A DNA stretch of 64,000 nucleotides from an uncultured Lentimicrobiaceae bacterium (GCA_964521105.1 CAZFPO010000001.1:143-64142); one strand, 5' to 3'; shown: positions 30,303 through 41,023, counted from the first letter of the stretch. Notes: generated by a model from the letters alone, not told the origin. Made by a program: numbers and translations.

Positions 30303-30557
30303 ATGGAACGTAATTTAAGAAAAGTTAGAGATGGTATAGTTGTAAGCAATAAAATGCAAAAAACTATCGTAGTTAGAGTAGAAAGGAAATTAAAACATCC
30401 AAAATATGGAAAGTTTTTAAAAAAATCTACTAAATACGCTGCACACGACGAAAAAGGCGATTGTGCAATTGGTGACACCGTTAGAATTATGGAAACCAGA
30501 CCGTTGAGTAAAACAAAACGCTGGAGATTAGTTGAAATTTTAGAAAAGGCTAAGTAA
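30303..30557 (+). CDS. rpsQ: 30S ribosomal protein S17
   Basis: uS17 similarity ([18 protein letters not shown]...). Confidence 0.97.
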   Translation: MERNLRKVRDGIVVSNKMQKTIVVRVERKLKHPKYGKFLKKSTKYAAHDEKGDCAIGDTVRIMETRPLSKTKRWRLVEILEKAK

Positions 30558-30559
30558 TT

Positions 30560-30928
30560 ATGATACAGCAAGAAACAAGACTAAAAGTGGCCGATAATAG
30601 TGGTGCAAAAGAGGTTCTTTGCATCCGGGTTCTAGGAGGTACAAAAAAAAGATATGCATCGGTTGGTGACAAAATTATTGTCACGGTAAAAGATGCTATT
30701 CCCTCCGGTAATATTAAAAAAAGTGCTGTCTCTAAAGCAGTCGTTGTTCGTACAAAAAAAGAAATCCGTCGTGCTGATGGTTCTTATATCCGTTTCGACG
30801 ACAATGCATGCGTACTTTTAACTGCAAACGAGGAAATTAGAGGTACTCGTATATTTGGACCAGTAGCTCGTGAACTCCGAGAAAAACAGTTTATGAAAAT
30901 AGTTTCACTAGCACCGGAAGTGCTTTAA
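30560..30928 (+). CDS. rplN: 50S ribosomal protein L14
   Basis: [17 protein letters not shown]... is canonical uL14. Confidence 0.98.
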   Translation: MIQQETRLKVADNSGAKEVLCIRVLGGTKKRYASVGDKIIVTVKDAIPSGNIKKSAVSKAVVVRTKKEIRRADGSYIRFDDNACVLLTANEEIRGTRIFGPVARELREKQFMKIVSLAPEVL

Positions 30929-30946
30929 TTAATAATTATAGAATAT

Positions 30947-31273
30947 ATGCCTACTAAACTTCATATAAAAAAAGGAGACACGGTTAAAGTTTTAGCCGGT
31001 GATTCAAAAGGACAACAAGGAAAAGTCCTTAAAGTTGAAATCAGTAAACTTCGTGCTATCGTTGAAGGCGTTAATTTAGTTTCAAAACATACTAAACCTA
31101 ATGCTAAAACACCACAGGGTGGTATTGTAAAAAAAGAAGCCCCTATTCATATCTCAAACCTTATGGTTGTTGATTCTAAAGGTGTTGCTACTCGCATTGG
31201 TCGTAAATTAGATAGCAAAGGAAAATTAGTTCGTTATTCCAAAAAATCTAAAACGCAGGAGGAAATTAAATAA
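30947..31273 (+). CDS. rplX: 50S ribosomal protein L24
   Basis: uL24 KOW motif ([20 protein letters not shown]). Confidence 0.97.
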   Translation: MPTKLHIKKGDTVKVLAGDSKGQQGKVLKVEISKLRAIVEGVNLVSKHTKPNAKTPQGGIVKKEAPIHISNLMVVDSKGVATRIGRKLDSKGKLVRYSKKSKTQEEIK

Positions 31274-31830
31274 TGGAATATACACCAAGACTTAGAACCA
31301 AGTATAAAAATGAAATTCTACCCACTCTTAAAGAGGAGTATAATTTTAAATCAATAATGCGAGTTCCTCGATTATTAAAAATATGTATTAATCAAGGATT
31401 AGGAACCGGTATAGCCGATAAAAAAATTCTTGAAGCTGGTGTTCAAGAAATGACGATTATCGCCGGTCAAAAATCTGTTCAAACAAAATCCAAAAAGGAT
31501 ATTTCAAACTTTAAATTGCGTAAAGGAATGCCTATCGGCGTTAGAGTTACTCTTCGTGGCGACCGTATGTACGAATTTCTTGATCGTTTGATTTCGGTTT
31601 CAGTACCTCGTATTCGCGACTTTAAAGGAATTAACGATAAGGGTTTTGATGGTAAAGGAAATTATACATTAGGAATTTCTGAACAAATAATATTTCCCGA
31701 AATTGACATCGATAAAGTGTTGAAAATTAACGGAATGGATATTACATTTGTAACCACTGCAAAAACCGATGCAGAGTGCTTAGCATTATTAAAACATTTT
31801 GGATTACCGTTTAAAAATCAAAAAATTTAA
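31273..31830 (+). CDS. rplE: 50S ribosomal protein L5
   Basis: uL5 similarity. Its ATG overlaps the rplX stop (TAATG). AGGAGGA lies 9 nt upstream. Confidence 0.98.
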   Translation: MEYTPRLRTKYKNEILPTLKEEYNFKSIMRVPRLLKICINQGLGTGIADKKILEAGVQEMTIIAGQKSVQTKSKKDISNFKLRKGMPIGVRVTLRGDRMYEFLDRLISVSVPRIRDFKGINDKGFDGKGNYTLGISEQIIFPEIDIDKVLKINGMDITFVTTAKTDAECLALLKHFGLPFKNQKI

Positions 31831-31833
31831 TTT

Positions 31834-32103
31834 ATGGCAAAAGAGTCAATAAAAGCTAGAGAAGTAAAAAAAGCTAAACTAGTTGAAAAATATGCAGCTA
31901 AACGAGCAGAATATAAGAAAAATGGAGAATGGGAAAAATTACAATTACTTCCTCCAAATTCAAATCCTATTCGTTTGCATAATCGATGCAAATTAACCGG
32001 TCGTCCTAAGGGGTATATGCGTATGTTCGGTATTTCTCGTATTAATTTTCGAGAAATGGCTTCCGCAGGTTTAATACCCGGTATAAAAAAATCAAGTTGG
32101 TAA
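31834..32103 (+). CDS. rpsN: 30S ribosomal protein S14 (long, zinc-independent form)
   Basis: 89 aa with uS14 similarity (...[24 protein letters not shown]...). Confidence 0.97.
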   Translation: MAKESIKAREVKKAKLVEKYAAKRAEYKKNGEWEKLQLLPPNSNPIRLHNRCKLTGRPKGYMRMFGISRINFREMASAGLIPGIKKSSW

Positions 32104-32125
32104 ATTATAAAAAAAGAGAAATAAA

Positions 32126-32524
32126 ATGCATACCGATCCGATAGCAGACTATTTAACCAGAATCAGAAACGCTGTATTAGCGAATCATAAAATGGTTGAA
32201 GTTCCTTCTTCTAAAATGAAAAAGGAAATGACAAAAATTTTGTTCCAAAAAGGATACATCCTCAATTATAAATTCGAAGATGGTCAATTTCCCCCAACTA
32301 TTAAAATCGCTCTTAAATATCATCCGGCTAGTAAAATGTCGGCTATTTCTGAGATTAAACGAATTAGTAAAGCTGGGTTAAGAAAATACGCAAACGCTAA
32401 TGAATTGCCTCGCGTTTTAAATGGTTTAGGAATTGCGATAATTTCTACATCTAAAGGCATTATGACTGATAAAGAAGCACGTCAAATGAATATTGGCGGT
32501 GAAGTAATTTGTATTGTAAGCTAA
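32126..32524 (+). CDS. rpsH: 30S ribosomal protein S8
   Basis: M(H)[14 protein letters not shown]... is canonical uS8. Confidence 0.98.
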   Translation: MHTDPIADYLTRIRNAVLANHKMVEVPSSKMKKEMTKILFQKGYILNYKFEDGQFPPTIKIALKYHPASKMSAISEIKRISKAGLRKYANANELPRVLNGLGIAIISTSKGIMTDKEARQMNIGGEVICIVS

Positions 32525-32540
32525 TTAAGGAGGGAAAATC

Positions 32541-33095
32541 ATGTCAAGAATAGGAAAATTACATATATCGCTTCCCAAAGGAGTTGAATTTAATGTTGGT
32601 CAAAACCATATTGTAACTGTAAAAGGTCCTTTGGGTACTTTAACCCAATTTGTCGATCCTTGTATCAGCTTCGAAGTTGACAACAACGAAATTAAAGTAA
32701 ATCGCGAATCAGACCAAAAACGTCATAAAGCTATGCATGGATTATATCGTATGCTTGTAGCTAATATGGTTAAAGGTGTTTCTGAGGGCTTTCAACTTGT
32801 TCAAGAAGTTGTTGGTGTGGGTTATAAAGCTACTGCCGAAGGTCAAGTTTTAGACCTAGCTTTAGGATATTCGCATAACATTATTTTTGAATTACCTAAA
32901 GAAGTAAGTGTTGTTACAACTGCCGAAAAAGGTAAAAACCCTACAATTACTTTAAAATCTATCGACAAACAGTTGTTAGGTCAAGTAGCTGCCAAAATAC
33001 GCTCTTTACGCAAACCTGAACCATATAAAGGAAAAGGTATCAAATTTCAAGGTGAAATTTTACGTAAAAAAGCTGGTAAATCTGCAGATAAATAG
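32541..33095 (+). CDS. rplF: 50S ribosomal protein L6
   Basis: MSRIGK... is canonical uL6. AAGGAGGG lies 6 nt upstream. Confidence 0.98.
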   Translation: MSRIGKLHISLPKGVEFNVGQNHIVTVKGPLGTLTQFVDPCISFEVDNNEIKVNRESDQKRHKAMHGLYRMLVANMVKGVSEGFQLVQEVVGVGYKATAEGQVLDLALGYSHNIIFELPKEVSVVTTAEKGKNPTITLKSIDKQLLGQVAAKIRSLRKPEPYKGKGIKFQGEILRKKAGKSADK

Positions 33096-33122
33096 TATTA
33101 TAAAATTTAATTCCATAAAAGG

Positions 33123-33485
33123 ATGGCTATCAAAAATAAAAAAGAATTCAGAAGGCTTAGAATTAAGAATAGAATTCGTAAAAAAGTAAAAGGTATACCT
33201 GAAAACCCTAGATTAACTGTTTTCAGAAGTAATAAACAAATAACCGCTCAAATTATTGATGATACTACTGGTAAAACCTTAGTTTCTGCATCTTCAGCAG
33301 TGCCTTCAATTTCAACTCAAAAAATAACAAAATCCGATCGATCAAAATTGGTTGGATTGCTTATTGCTGAGCGTGCAAAAGAAGCTGGTATTGAAAACGT
33401 TCGTTTCGATAGAAATGGATATTTGTATCATGGTAGAGTTAAATCTTTGGCTGATGGTGCCAGAGAAGGTGGTCTAATTTTCTAA
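33123..33485 (+). CDS. rplR: 50S ribosomal protein L18
   Basis: uL18 similarity (...[25 protein letters not shown]). Confidence 0.97.
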   Translation: MAIKNKKEFRRLRIKNRIRKKVKGIPENPRLTVFRSNKQITAQIIDDTTGKTLVSASSAVPSISTQKITKSDRSKLVGLLIAERAKEAGIENVRFDRNGYLYHGRVKSLADGAREGGLIF

Positions 33486-33494
33486 AAAGTAAAT

Positions 33495-34013
33495 ATGCCA
33501 AACGTAAACGTAAAAAGAGTAAAATCAAGCGAAATCGAATTTAAAGATCGATTAGTAAGCATCCAACGCGTAACTAAAGTTACCAAGGGAGGTCGTACAT
33601 TTAGTTTTTCAGCTATTGTGGTAGTTGGAAATGAAAATGGTGTTGTAGGTTATGGATTAGGTAAAGCGAAAGAGGTAACCGCAGCAATTGCAAAAGGAGT
33701 TGACGATGCAAAGAAAAATTTAGTAAAAATACCAGTTATTAATGGAACAATTCCTCATGCACAAGAAGGAAAATACAGTGGTGCATTAGTATTTGTAAAA
33801 CCCGCATCGCCAGGTACTGGTGTTATTGCTGGTGGTGCTATGCGTGCAGTGTTGGAAAGTGTTGGCGTTAAGGACGTTCTTGCTAAATCAAAAGGATCTT
33901 CAAACCCACACAGTGTTGTTAAAGCTACAATTCAAGCTTTACTCCAAATGCGCGACCCATACACAGTTGCTCAAGTTAGAGGAATAGAGTTAAATAAAGT
34001 GTTTAACGGATAA
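33495..34013 (+). CDS. rpsE: 30S ribosomal protein S5
   Basis: uS5 similarity (...[22 protein letters not shown]...). Confidence 0.98.
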   Translation: MPNVNVKRVKSSEIEFKDRLVSIQRVTKVTKGGRTFSFSAIVVVGNENGVVGYGLGKAKEVTAAIAKGVDDAKKNLVKIPVINGTIPHAQEGKYSGALVFVKPASPGTGVIAGGAMRAVLESVGVKDVLAKSKGSSNPHSVVKATIQALLQMRDPYTVAQVRGIELNKVFNG

Positions 34014-34022
34014 AAAATAAAT

Positions 34023-34053
34023 TTTGCAAAGATGCAGATTTTTTGTAAATTTG
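34023..34053 (+). promoter_or_regulatory. Candidate internal promoter TTTG-N19-TAAATTTG between rpsE and rpmD
   Basis: TTTG at 34023-34026 and TAAATTTG at 34046-34053 with a 19-nt spacer. This full match to the Bacteroides-type -33/-7 consensus ends 28 nt before the rpmD ATG. Confidence 0.4.
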
Positions 34054-34081
34054 CACGCTTTTTTCAAAAACAAATTTAGAA

Positions 34082-34261
34082 ATGAGAAAACTTAAAATAA
34101 CACAAGTAAAAAGTAAAATCGATCGCCCCGAAAGACAAAAAAGAACGCTTCTAGCTTTGGGAATTTCTCGAATGAACCAATCAGTTGAAGTTGTTGAAAC
34201 CCCTCAAATTAAAGGAATGATCGACAAAGTTAAACATCTACTTCTAGTTGAAGAATTATAA
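34082..34261 (+). CDS. rpmD: 50S ribosomal protein L30
   Basis: Hand-translated 59-aa ORF MRKLKITQVKSKIDRPERQKRTLLALGISRMNQSVEVVETPQIKGMIDKVKHLLLVEEL, a canonical uL30 in the expected slot between rpsE and rplO. Absent from the ORF track because it is under 60 aa. Confidence 0.93.
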   Translation: MRKLKITQVKSKIDRPERQKRTLLALGISRMNQSVEVVETPQIKGMIDKVKHLLLVEEL

Positions 34262-34286
34262 ATTAATGTATTAAACTAACTACAAT

Positions 34287-34733
34287 ATGAATTTAAGTAA
34301 TTTAAAACCTGCAGAAGGTTCAACAAAAACAAATAAACGCTTAGGACGTGGTCAAGGATCAGGCGGCGGTGGTACTGCTTCACGTGGTCATAAAGGTGCT
34401 AAATCACGTTCGGGTTATAAACAGAAAAAAGGTTTTGAAGGTGGTCAAATGCCACTATACAGACGTGTTCCAAAAGGTGGGTTCAAAAACATTAATCGCA
34501 TCGAATATTGTGCTATTAATTTAAGTTCTCTTCAATATCTACACGACGAAAAAGGTATTTCTGTTTTTAACTATGAAGTGTTGAAACAAAATGGACTTAT
34601 TGGTCGTAATGACTTAATTAAAATTTTAGCAAAAGGAAATTTAAGTGCAAAAATTGAAGTTTCTGCTCATGCTTTTTCTGCTAAAGCTATTGAAATGATA
34701 CAAAATGCTGGTGGTGTAGCAACTAAAATCTAA
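34287..34733 (+). CDS. rplO: 50S ribosomal protein L15
   Basis: uL15 similarity (Gly-rich N-terminal region RGHKGAKSRSG). Confidence 0.97.
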   Translation: MNLSNLKPAEGSTKTNKRLGRGQGSGGGGTASRGHKGAKSRSGYKQKKGFEGGQMPLYRRVPKGGFKNINRIEYCAINLSSLQYLHDEKGISVFNYEVLKQNGLIGRNDLIKILAKGNLSAKIEVSAHAFSAKAIEMIQNAGGVATKI

Positions 34734-34739
34734 AAATCA

Positions 34740-36095
34740 ATGAAACGATTCATCGAAACATTAAAAAACATATACAAAATTGATGACCTTCGCAAACGAA
34801 TATTATTCACATTAGGAATAGTTCTTATTTATCGTTTAGGTTCTCATATTGTATTGCCTGGTGTTGATGCAAATATGCTTGGTGCTTTTTCTAAAAGTTC
34901 ACAAGAAGGTTTACTCGGAATTCTTGATATGTTTTCGGGTGGAGCTTTTTCAAATGCTTCAATATTTGCACTAGGTATTATGCCATACATCTCTGCATCA
35001 ATTGTAGTGCAACTTCTAGGAATGGCAATTCCATACTTTCAACGCCTACAAAAAGAAGGTGAAAGTGGTCGTAAGAAAATAAATCAAATTACTCGTTATC
35101 TTACAATTTTAGTTACTGGTTTACAGGCACCTAGCTATATTGCAAATCTTACAAGTAAGATGCCCTCAAACGCATTTTATCCCTTTTTACCCGATGTAGC
35201 TCCATCATATCTTTTTGTAGTTACTTCAGTTTTAATTCTGATTGCAGGAACTATGTTTGTTATGTGGCTCGGTGAAAAAATTACCGATAAAGGTATTGGT
35301 AATGGTATTTCTTTAATTATTATGGTTGGTATTATAGCTCGTTTACCGTTTGCTCTTTTTGGTGAATTTGCATCTCGTATGGAAGAACAAAGCAACGGTG
35401 GTCTTGTTATTTTTATCATTGAATTAGCTATTTTAGTTGGAGTTATCCTTTTATGTATTTTGCTTGTTCAAGGTACTCGAAGAATTCCAGTTCAATATGC
35501 TAAACGTGTGGTTGGAAACAAACAATATGGCGGAGTTCGCCAGTATTTACCCATGAAAGTAAATGCAGCTGGTGTTATGCCTATCATTTTTGCTCAGGCT
35601 ATCATGTTTTTACCTATGACTTTCATGCAGTTTGCCGATTCAGAAAGTCTTTCTGGATTTGCAGCAGCTTTTTCAGATTTTCAAGGCTTTTGGTATAATT
35701 TTACATTTGCATTATTAATTGTATTATTTACTTATTTTTATACTGCAATTACTATTAATCCAAATCAAATTGCCGAAGATATGAAGAAAAATGGTGGTTT
35801 TATTCCTGGAGTTAAACCTGGAAGAAAAACAGCCGATTTTATAGATAATGTAATGTCTCGAATTACTCTGCCTGGCTCGTTATTCTTAGCTTTAGTTGCC
35901 ATCATGCCTGCTTTTGTTGGTATGGCTGGGGTTAACTCTCAATTTGCTCAGTTTTACGGAGGTACTTCGTTATTAATTTTAGTTGGTGTTGTGCTCGATA
36001 CACTCCAACAAATAGAAAGTCATCTTCTAATGAGACATTATGACGGATTAACAAAATCAGGACGTATTAAAGGACGTTCTTCAGTTGGATTATAA
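34740..36095 (+). CDS. secY: Preprotein translocase subunit SecY
   Basis: 451 aa, 10 TM segments, SecY similarity and spc-operon position. Confidence 0.98.
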   Translation: MKRFIETLKNIYKIDDLRKRILFTLGIVLIYRLGSHIVLPGVDANMLGAFSKSSQEGLLGILDMFSGGAFSNASIFALGIMPYISASIVVQLLGMAIPYFQRLQKEGESGRKKINQITRYLTILVTGLQAPSYIANLTSKMPSNAFYPFLPDVAPSYLFVVTSVLILIAGTMFVMWLGEKITDKGIGNGISLIIMVGIIARLPFALFGEFASRMEEQSNGGLVIFIIELAILVGVILLCILLVQGTRRIPVQYAKRVVGNKQYGGVRQYLPMKVNAAGVMPIIFAQAIMFLPMTFMQFADSESLSGFAAAFSDFQGFWYNFTFALLIVLFTYFYTAITINPNQIAEDMKKNGGFIPGVKPGRKTADFIDNVMSRITLPGSLFLALVAIMPAFVGMAGVNSQFAQFYGGTSLLILVGVVLDTLQQIESHLLMRHYDGLTKSGRIKGRSSVGL

Positions 36096-36097
36096 TT

Positions 36098-36883
36098 GTG
36101 ACAAGATTCTTTGGCTCAAATATTAAAACTGAACTTGAAATTAAATTAATAAAAGAAAGTTCTTTGCTTGTTGGAAAAACCTTAGCCGAGGTAGCAAAAC
36201 ATTTAAAAGTTGGTATTAAAACCAAGTTTTTAGATGAAATAGCTGAAAAGTATATTCTTGAAAATGGTGGTAAACCTTCGTTTAAAGGATATAGTGGATA
36301 CCCTGCAACGCTATGTATTTCTGTTAATGATAAAGTGGTTCATGGAATACCTAATGAATACACAATTAAAGATGGAGATATCGTTTCGGTTGACTGTGGA
36401 GTTGTTAAAAATGGTTATCACGGCGACTATGCTTACACTTTTGCTGTTGGTGATGTTAATAAAGAATACCTTAGATTGTTGAAAATTACTAAAGAGGCTC
36501 TTTATAAAGGCATCGAAATAGCAATTGATGGAAATACCGTTGGAGATATTGGTTATACCATTCAATCTTATGTTGAAACTCACGGTTTTTCAGTGGTTAG
36601 AGAGTTGGTTGGTCATGGAATTGGACGTTCACTTCACGAAAAACCGGAAGTGCCAAATTATGGTCAAGCAACAAAAGGAGTTAAGCTGAAAGAAGGTATG
36701 GTAATTTGTATAGAACCCATGATTAATTATGGGAAAAAATACATTTTATTTGAAAACGACGGTTGGACTGTTCGTACTGCAGATGGAAAACCATCGGCTC
36801 ACTTTGAACATCAAATTGTAGTTAGAAAACAAAAAGCAGAGATGCTATCAACTTACGAATATATTGAACAAATAATAAACTAA
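36098..36883 (+). CDS. map: Type I methionine aminopeptidase
   Basis: MetAP-I metal ligands and motifs (VHGIP, DCGV, GHGIG, EPM). The apparent start is a GTG 2 nt after the secY stop. Confidence 0.95.
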   Translation: MTRFFGSNIKTELEIKLIKESSLLVGKTLAEVAKHLKVGIKTKFLDEIAEKYILENGGKPSFKGYSGYPATLCISVNDKVVHGIPNEYTIKDGDIVSVDCGVVKNGYHGDYAYTFAVGDVNKEYLRLLKITKEALYKGIEIAIDGNTVGDIGYTIQSYVETHGFSVVRELVGHGIGRSLHEKPEVPNYGQATKGVKLKEGMVICIEPMINYGKKYILFENDGWTVRTADGKPSAHFEHQIVVRKQKAEMLSTYEYIEQIIN

Positions 36884-36892
36884 AAAAACTAA

Positions 36893-37111
36893 ATGGCAAA
36901 ACAATTGTCAATACAACAAGACGGAACTGTTATCGAATCTCTCGGAAATGCAATGTTTAGAGTAGAACTCGAAAATGGTCACGTAATTACTGCTCATATA
37001 TCCGGAAAAATGCGAATGCATTATATTAAAATATTACCTGGAGATAAGGTGCAAATTGAAATGTCCCCTTATGATTTAACAAAAGGTAGAATAACATTTA
37101 GATACAAATAA
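36893..37111 (+). CDS. infA: Translation initiation factor IF-1
   Basis: 72 aa with a canonical IF-1 S1-like sequence (...[10 protein letters not shown]...[16 protein letters not shown]...). Confidence 0.98.
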   Translation: MAKQLSIQQDGTVIESLGNAMFRVELENGHVITAHISGKMRMHYIKILPGDKVQIEMSPYDLTKGRITFRYK

Positions 37112-37122
37112 CAAAATTAATC

Positions 37123-37239
37123 ATGAAAGTAAGAGCATCTGTAAAAAAACGTTCTGAAGAATGCAAAGTAATACGCCGTAAGGGTGTTGTTTATGTAATC
37201 AATAAAAAAAATCCTAAGTTTAAACAGCGTCAAGGATAA
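37123..37239 (+). CDS. rpmJ: 50S ribosomal protein L36 (form lacking the zinc-ribbon cysteines)
   Basis: Hand-translated 38-aa [41 protein letters not shown] between infA and rpsM. Below the ORF-track size cut-off. Confidence 0.93.
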   Translation: MKVRASVKKRSEECKVIRRKGVVYVINKKNPKFKQRQG

Positions 37240-37269
37240 TTTAATTAATTTAACAAGAGATAAAAATTT

Positions 37270-37644
37270 ATGGCAAGAATCGCTGGTGTAGATTTACCCA
37301 AAAACAAAAGAGGAGAAGTAGGTTTAACCTATATTTTCGGAATAGGTCGTAGCACTGCTCGCATGATCCTTCAGGACGCTAGCATTAGCTTCGATAAGAA
37401 AGTTAGTGAATGGAACGATGACGAATTGGCTGTTATTCGTGAAAGAATAGGAACCATGAGAATTGAAGGTGGTCTTCGTTCAGAAATTCAAATGAACATT
37501 AAACGTTTAATGGATATCGGTTGTTACCGCGGAATCCGTCATCGTTTAGGATTACCATTGCGTGGTCAAAGTACAAAAAACAATGCACGTACACGTAAAG
37601 GAAAGAGAAAAACAGTTGCAAATAAGAAAAAAGCAACTAAATAG
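37270..37644 (+). CDS. rpsM: 30S ribosomal protein S13
   Basis: [10 protein letters not shown]... is canonical uS13. Confidence 0.98.
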   Translation: MARIAGVDLPKNKRGEVGLTYIFGIGRSTARMILQDASISFDKKVSEWNDDELAVIRERIGTMRIEGGLRSEIQMNIKRLMDIGCYRGIRHRLGLPLRGQSTKNNARTRKGKRKTVANKKKATK

Positions 37645-37672
37645 TAATCATTAGAAGCAGAGAAATAGCATT

Positions 37673-38062
37673 ATGGCAAAAACTACAAAAGTTTCAAAGA
37701 AAAGAGTAGTAAAGGTTGAAGCAGTCGGAAAAGCATTTGTTTCGGCATCATTCAACAATATTATTATCTCACTTACCAATAACGAAGGACAAGTAATATC
37801 TTGGTCTTCAGCAGGTAAAATGGGTTTCCGTGGATCGAAAAAAAATACTCCTTATGCAGCACAAATGGCAGCAACCGATTGTTCAAAAGTTGCTTACGAT
37901 TTAGGCTTACGTAAAGTAAAAGTATTTGTAAAAGGTCCAGGAGCAGGTAGAGAATCTGCAATACGAACCATACATTCATGTGGTATAGAAGTAACCGAAA
38001 TTATGGACGTTACTCCATTGCCTCATAATGGTTGCCGACCTCCAAAACGTCGTAGAGTTTAA
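37673..38062 (+). CDS. rpsK: 30S ribosomal protein S11
   Basis: uS11 similarity (...[16 protein letters not shown]). Confidence 0.98.
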   Translation: MAKTTKVSKKRVVKVEAVGKAFVSASFNNIIISLTNNEGQVISWSSAGKMGFRGSKKNTPYAAQMAATDCSKVAYDLGLRKVKVFVKGPGAGRESAIRTIHSCGIEVTEIMDVTPLPHNGCRPPKRRRV

Positions 38063-38099
38063 TTAAGTGAATTAATAGTAATCGAAAAATTGAAATAAA

Positions 38100-38708
38100 A
38101 TGGCAAGATATATTGGCCCAAAATCAAAAATAGCACGAAAATTTCGTGAACCTATATTCGGTCCTGATAAATATTTAGAAAAGAAAAATTATCCTCCCGG
38201 TCAACACGGTGCTTCTCGTAAACGTAGCAAAACTTCCGAATACGGAATTCAGCTTATGGAAAAACAAAAAGCAAAATATACATACGGTTTACTCGAACGT
38301 CAGTTTAGAAAAACCTTTAACGATGCAACAAAATTACATGGTCGTACTGGTGATAATTTATTAAAATTATTAGAAGCAAGATTAGATAATGTAGTTTTCC
38401 GTTTAGGTATTGCTCCTACACGTGCTGCTGCCCGTCAGCTTGTTAGCCATCGTCATATAGTAGTTAATGGAAGTGTTGTTAATATTCCTTCATATCGTAT
38501 CAAGGCTGGTGATAAAGTTTCTGTTCGTGAAAAATCAAAATCATTAGAAGTTATTACCGAATCATTATCTGGCAGAAATTCTAGCAAATTCCCTTGGATG
38601 GAATGGGATAAAGATTCAATGACTGGCACTTATCTTTCGCATCCCGAACGCGAATTTATTCCAGAAAATATTAAAGAACAACTAATTGTTGAGTTATACT
38701 CTAAGTAA
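38100..38708 (+). CDS. rpsD: 30S ribosomal protein S4
   Basis: [15 protein letters not shown]... is canonical uS4. Confidence 0.98.
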   Translation: MARYIGPKSKIARKFREPIFGPDKYLEKKNYPPGQHGASRKRSKTSEYGIQLMEKQKAKYTYGLLERQFRKTFNDATKLHGRTGDNLLKLLEARLDNVVFRLGIAPTRAAARQLVSHRHIVVNGSVVNIPSYRIKAGDKVSVREKSKSLEVITESLSGRNSSKFPWMEWDKDSMTGTYLSHPEREFIPENIKEQLIVELYSK

Positions 38709-38735
38709 TAGTTAATCATTAAAAAATAAAGATAA

Positions 38736-39728
38736 ATGGCTATTTTAACATTTCAAAAACCCGATGTAGTAGTAATGCTCGAATCAGATGAAAAGAAAGG
38801 CGTATTCGAACTTCGCCCTCTTCAACCTGGATACGGTATAACCATCGGAAACGCATTACGCAGAGTCCTTTTATCTTCTTTGGAAGGGTATGCCATCACT
38901 TCAATTAAAATTGAAGGAGTTGATCAAGAATTTTCTACCATCAAAGGAGTAATCGAAGATGTTACTGAAATTGTACTTAATCTTAAACAAATTCGCTTTA
39001 AACGTCAAATCGAAAATGTTAATTCCGAGAAAGTAATGGTTACTATTGGCGATCAGGAAGTTTTCAAAGCAAGTGATATCAATAAATTTTTAAATAACTT
39101 CCAGATATTAAATCCCGAATTAGTGATATGTCACATGGAATCTAATGTGAAAATTAATATCGAACTAACTATTGATAAAGGTAGAGGATACGTTTCAGCC
39201 GAAGATAATAAATCGCTACATCAAGGTATTGGGGTTATTGTTATTGACTCAATTCATACTCCAATTCGTAACGTAAAATATTTTGTCGATAATTTCCGCG
39301 TTGAACAAAAAACCGACTTTGAGAAATTAGTTTTCGAGATTTATACTGATGGATCAATTCACCCAAAAGAAGCATTAAAAGAAGCTGCTAAAATTCTTAT
39401 TCAGCATTTTATGCTTTTCTCAGACGAAAAAATATCGTTCGAGACGGAAGAAAAAAGTATTACCGAAGAGTTTGACGAAAATTCACTCCATATTCGTCAA
39501 TTACTTAAAACTCGTCTTACCGAACTCGACTTATCAGTTCGTGCACTTAACTGCTTAAAAGCAGCTTATATTGAAACCCTTGGCGACTTGGTTTCATATC
39601 AGAAAAACGATTTACTAAAATTCCGAAATTTTGGTAAAAAATCACTGTCCGAATTAGAAGACCTTGTTAAATCTAAGGGTATGGAATTCGGAATGAATGT
39701 AGAAAAATATAAATTAGATAAGGATTAA
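38736..39728 (+). CDS. rpoA: DNA-directed RNA polymerase subunit alpha
   Basis: 330 aa with RpoA N-terminal and C-terminal domain similarity (...[12 protein letters not shown]...). Confidence 0.98.
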   Translation: MAILTFQKPDVVVMLESDEKKGVFELRPLQPGYGITIGNALRRVLLSSLEGYAITSIKIEGVDQEFSTIKGVIEDVTEIVLNLKQIRFKRQIENVNSEKVMVTIGDQEVFKASDINKFLNNFQILNPELVICHMESNVKINIELTIDKGRGYVSAEDNKSLHQGIGVIVIDSIHTPIRNVKYFVDNFRVEQKTDFEKLVFEIYTDGSIHPKEALKEAAKILIQHFMLFSDEKISFETEEKSITEEFDENSLHIRQLLKTRLTELDLSVRALNCLKAAYIETLGDLVSYQKNDLLKFRNFGKKSLSELEDLVKSKGMEFGMNVEKYKLDKD

Positions 39729-39733
39729 TAGCA

Positions 39734-40234
39734 ATGAGACATAATAAAACAATCAATCATTTAGGAAGAACTAGTGCTCACCGACAAGCAATGTTGTCGA
39801 ATATGGCCACTTCATTGATTTTACATAAAAAAATTACAACAACTGTTGCCAAAGCTAAAGCACTCCGTAAATTTGTTGAACCTCTTTTAAATAGAGGAAA
39901 AAACGACACAACGCACTCTCGACGTGTGGTTTTTAGCTATTTGCAAGATAAAAAAGCAGTTACTGAATTATTCAGAGAAATTGCTGTGAAAATTAGTACT
40001 CGCCCTGGTGGCTATACTCGTATTCTTAAACTTGGTAACCGTTTAGGTGATAATGCCGAAATGTGTATTATTGAATTAGTTGATTATAACGAAAATTATA
40101 CTGCTAAATCTGAAGCCAAAACTAAGAAAACACGCAGAAGAGCTGGTAGCAAAGCTAAAACCGAAAAAGTTGTTGATGCACCTAAAACTGTTGAACCAAC
40201 AGTAGAAGATGTTACGCCAACCGAAGAGGTGTAG
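39734..40234 (+). CDS. rplQ: 50S ribosomal protein L17
   Basis: [17 protein letters not shown]... is canonical bL17, with a charged C-terminal extension. Confidence 0.97.
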   Translation: MRHNKTINHLGRTSAHRQAMLSNMATSLILHKKITTTVAKAKALRKFVEPLLNRGKNDTTHSRRVVFSYLQDKKAVTELFREIAVKISTRPGGYTRILKLGNRLGDNAEMCIIELVDYNENYTAKSEAKTKKTRRRAGSKAKTEKVVDAPKTVEPTVEDVTPTEEV

Positions 40235-40256
40235 ATAAATAATCTCTTTATTCCTA

Positions 40257-40300
40257 AATAACGTGGGTTGATAAAAATATCAACCCACGTTATTTTTATT
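40257..40300 (+). terminator. Intrinsic terminator of the ribosomal/alpha cluster
   Basis: Perfect 17-bp stem AATAACGTGGGTTGATA / TATCAACCCACGTTATT with a 4-nt loop, followed by TTTATT, 23 nt after the rplQ stop. Confidence 0.8.
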
Positions 40301-40363
40301 ATCATTAGTTGTAAGTGTTCCTCATTATGAAAATTTTTGTATGCTCTATGGTGATAACTTTTA

Positions 40364-40401
40364 CAAAAAAAAAGACCTCAAATTTGAGGTCTTTTTTTTT
40401 T
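40364..40401. terminator. Bidirectional terminator (A-run, 20-nt perfect palindrome AGACCTCAAATTTGAGGTCT, T-run)
   Basis: The palindrome at 40373-40392 is flanked by A9 and T10. It lies between rplQ (+) and the convergent lipoprotein gene (-). Confidence 0.75.
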
Positions 40402-40416
40402 GTAAAGGTTTTTGTT

Positions 40417-41013
40417 TTAATTTAGAATAACATATTGTTGATTTTTAAAACTTCCTTGAATGAATAAGGTATCTTGATAGGGTGGCTTTGCTACCATCAT
40501 CGCCTTGAATGAGCCCGACATTTTTTGAGTGTTTGGGTTACAATAAGTAATATTTACACTACCGTTTGCCCCATCATTTGCCTCATAAATATAGTCTTCG
40601 CTAATTATATATCGTATATTAGCACCATCGCAATAATTTGAATCAGGATTTCCTATCGAACGACAAACTTGGGTAGAATCGTTTGGTCCAAAAATATAAG
40701 GTTTTACAAAAATTCCTTTGGAATGCCCACCTTGATAAAACCAATTAGTAACATTAATTTCAAATTTCTCATTATTTGCTAATAAGCAACTTAACACAAA
40801 ATATCTGCATCTAATGGTATCTTGGCGAGTGCCATAAGTTAAGTAGTTTTCGTATTTTAAAGGTGCGTAGTAGTTGTTTTTAATATATAAATCCATCGAC
40901 ATGTCCTCAGGTAATGCTAAGGGGTCGGGACGAACAATATCTTCTTTGCAAGAGGCTAATATTATTAAGTTGAAAAGTACAAAATAAATCAAGGCTTTTG
41001 TTCTGTTTTTCAT
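40417..41013 (-). CDS. Lipoprotein of unknown function (paralog A)
   Basis: Lipoprotein signal peptide (LIILASC). Shares the Cys pattern and C-terminal (I/V)LN ending with the adjacent gene. Confidence 0.65.
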   Translation of the reverse strand: MKNRTKALIYFVLFNLIILASCKEDIVRPDPLALPEDMSMDLYIKNNYYAPLKYENYLTYGTRQDTIRCRYFVLSCLLANNEKFEINVTNWFYQGGHSKGIFVKPYIFGPNDSTQVCRSIGNPDSNYCDGANIRYIISEDYIYEANDGANGSVNITYCNPNTQKMSGSFKAMMVAKPPYQDTLFIQGSFKNQQYVILN

Positions 41014-41023
41014 ATATTTTTTT

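Noticed and set aside
31834-37239. L36 lacking the CxxC...C...H zinc ligands, and the long Cys-poor S14, as possible pseudogenes or unusual paralogs
   Set aside because: Both ORFs are intact and in their canonical operon slots. As far as I recall, the zinc-free forms are the normal Bacteroidota versions, so this is not unusual.
23755-40305. Numerous 60-90-aa ORFs antisense to or overlapping ribosomal, fusA, secY and map genes (e.g. 23755-23985, 24377-24562, 25415-25630, 25910-26110, 26530-26718, 27437-27679, 28469-28663, 30299-30571, 35177-35419, 36258-36583, 37773-37979, 40096-40305)
   Set aside because: The sense-strand genes are unmistakable, highly conserved proteins that fill the region almost base to base. 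The shadow ORFs have low-complexity, non-homologous translations.
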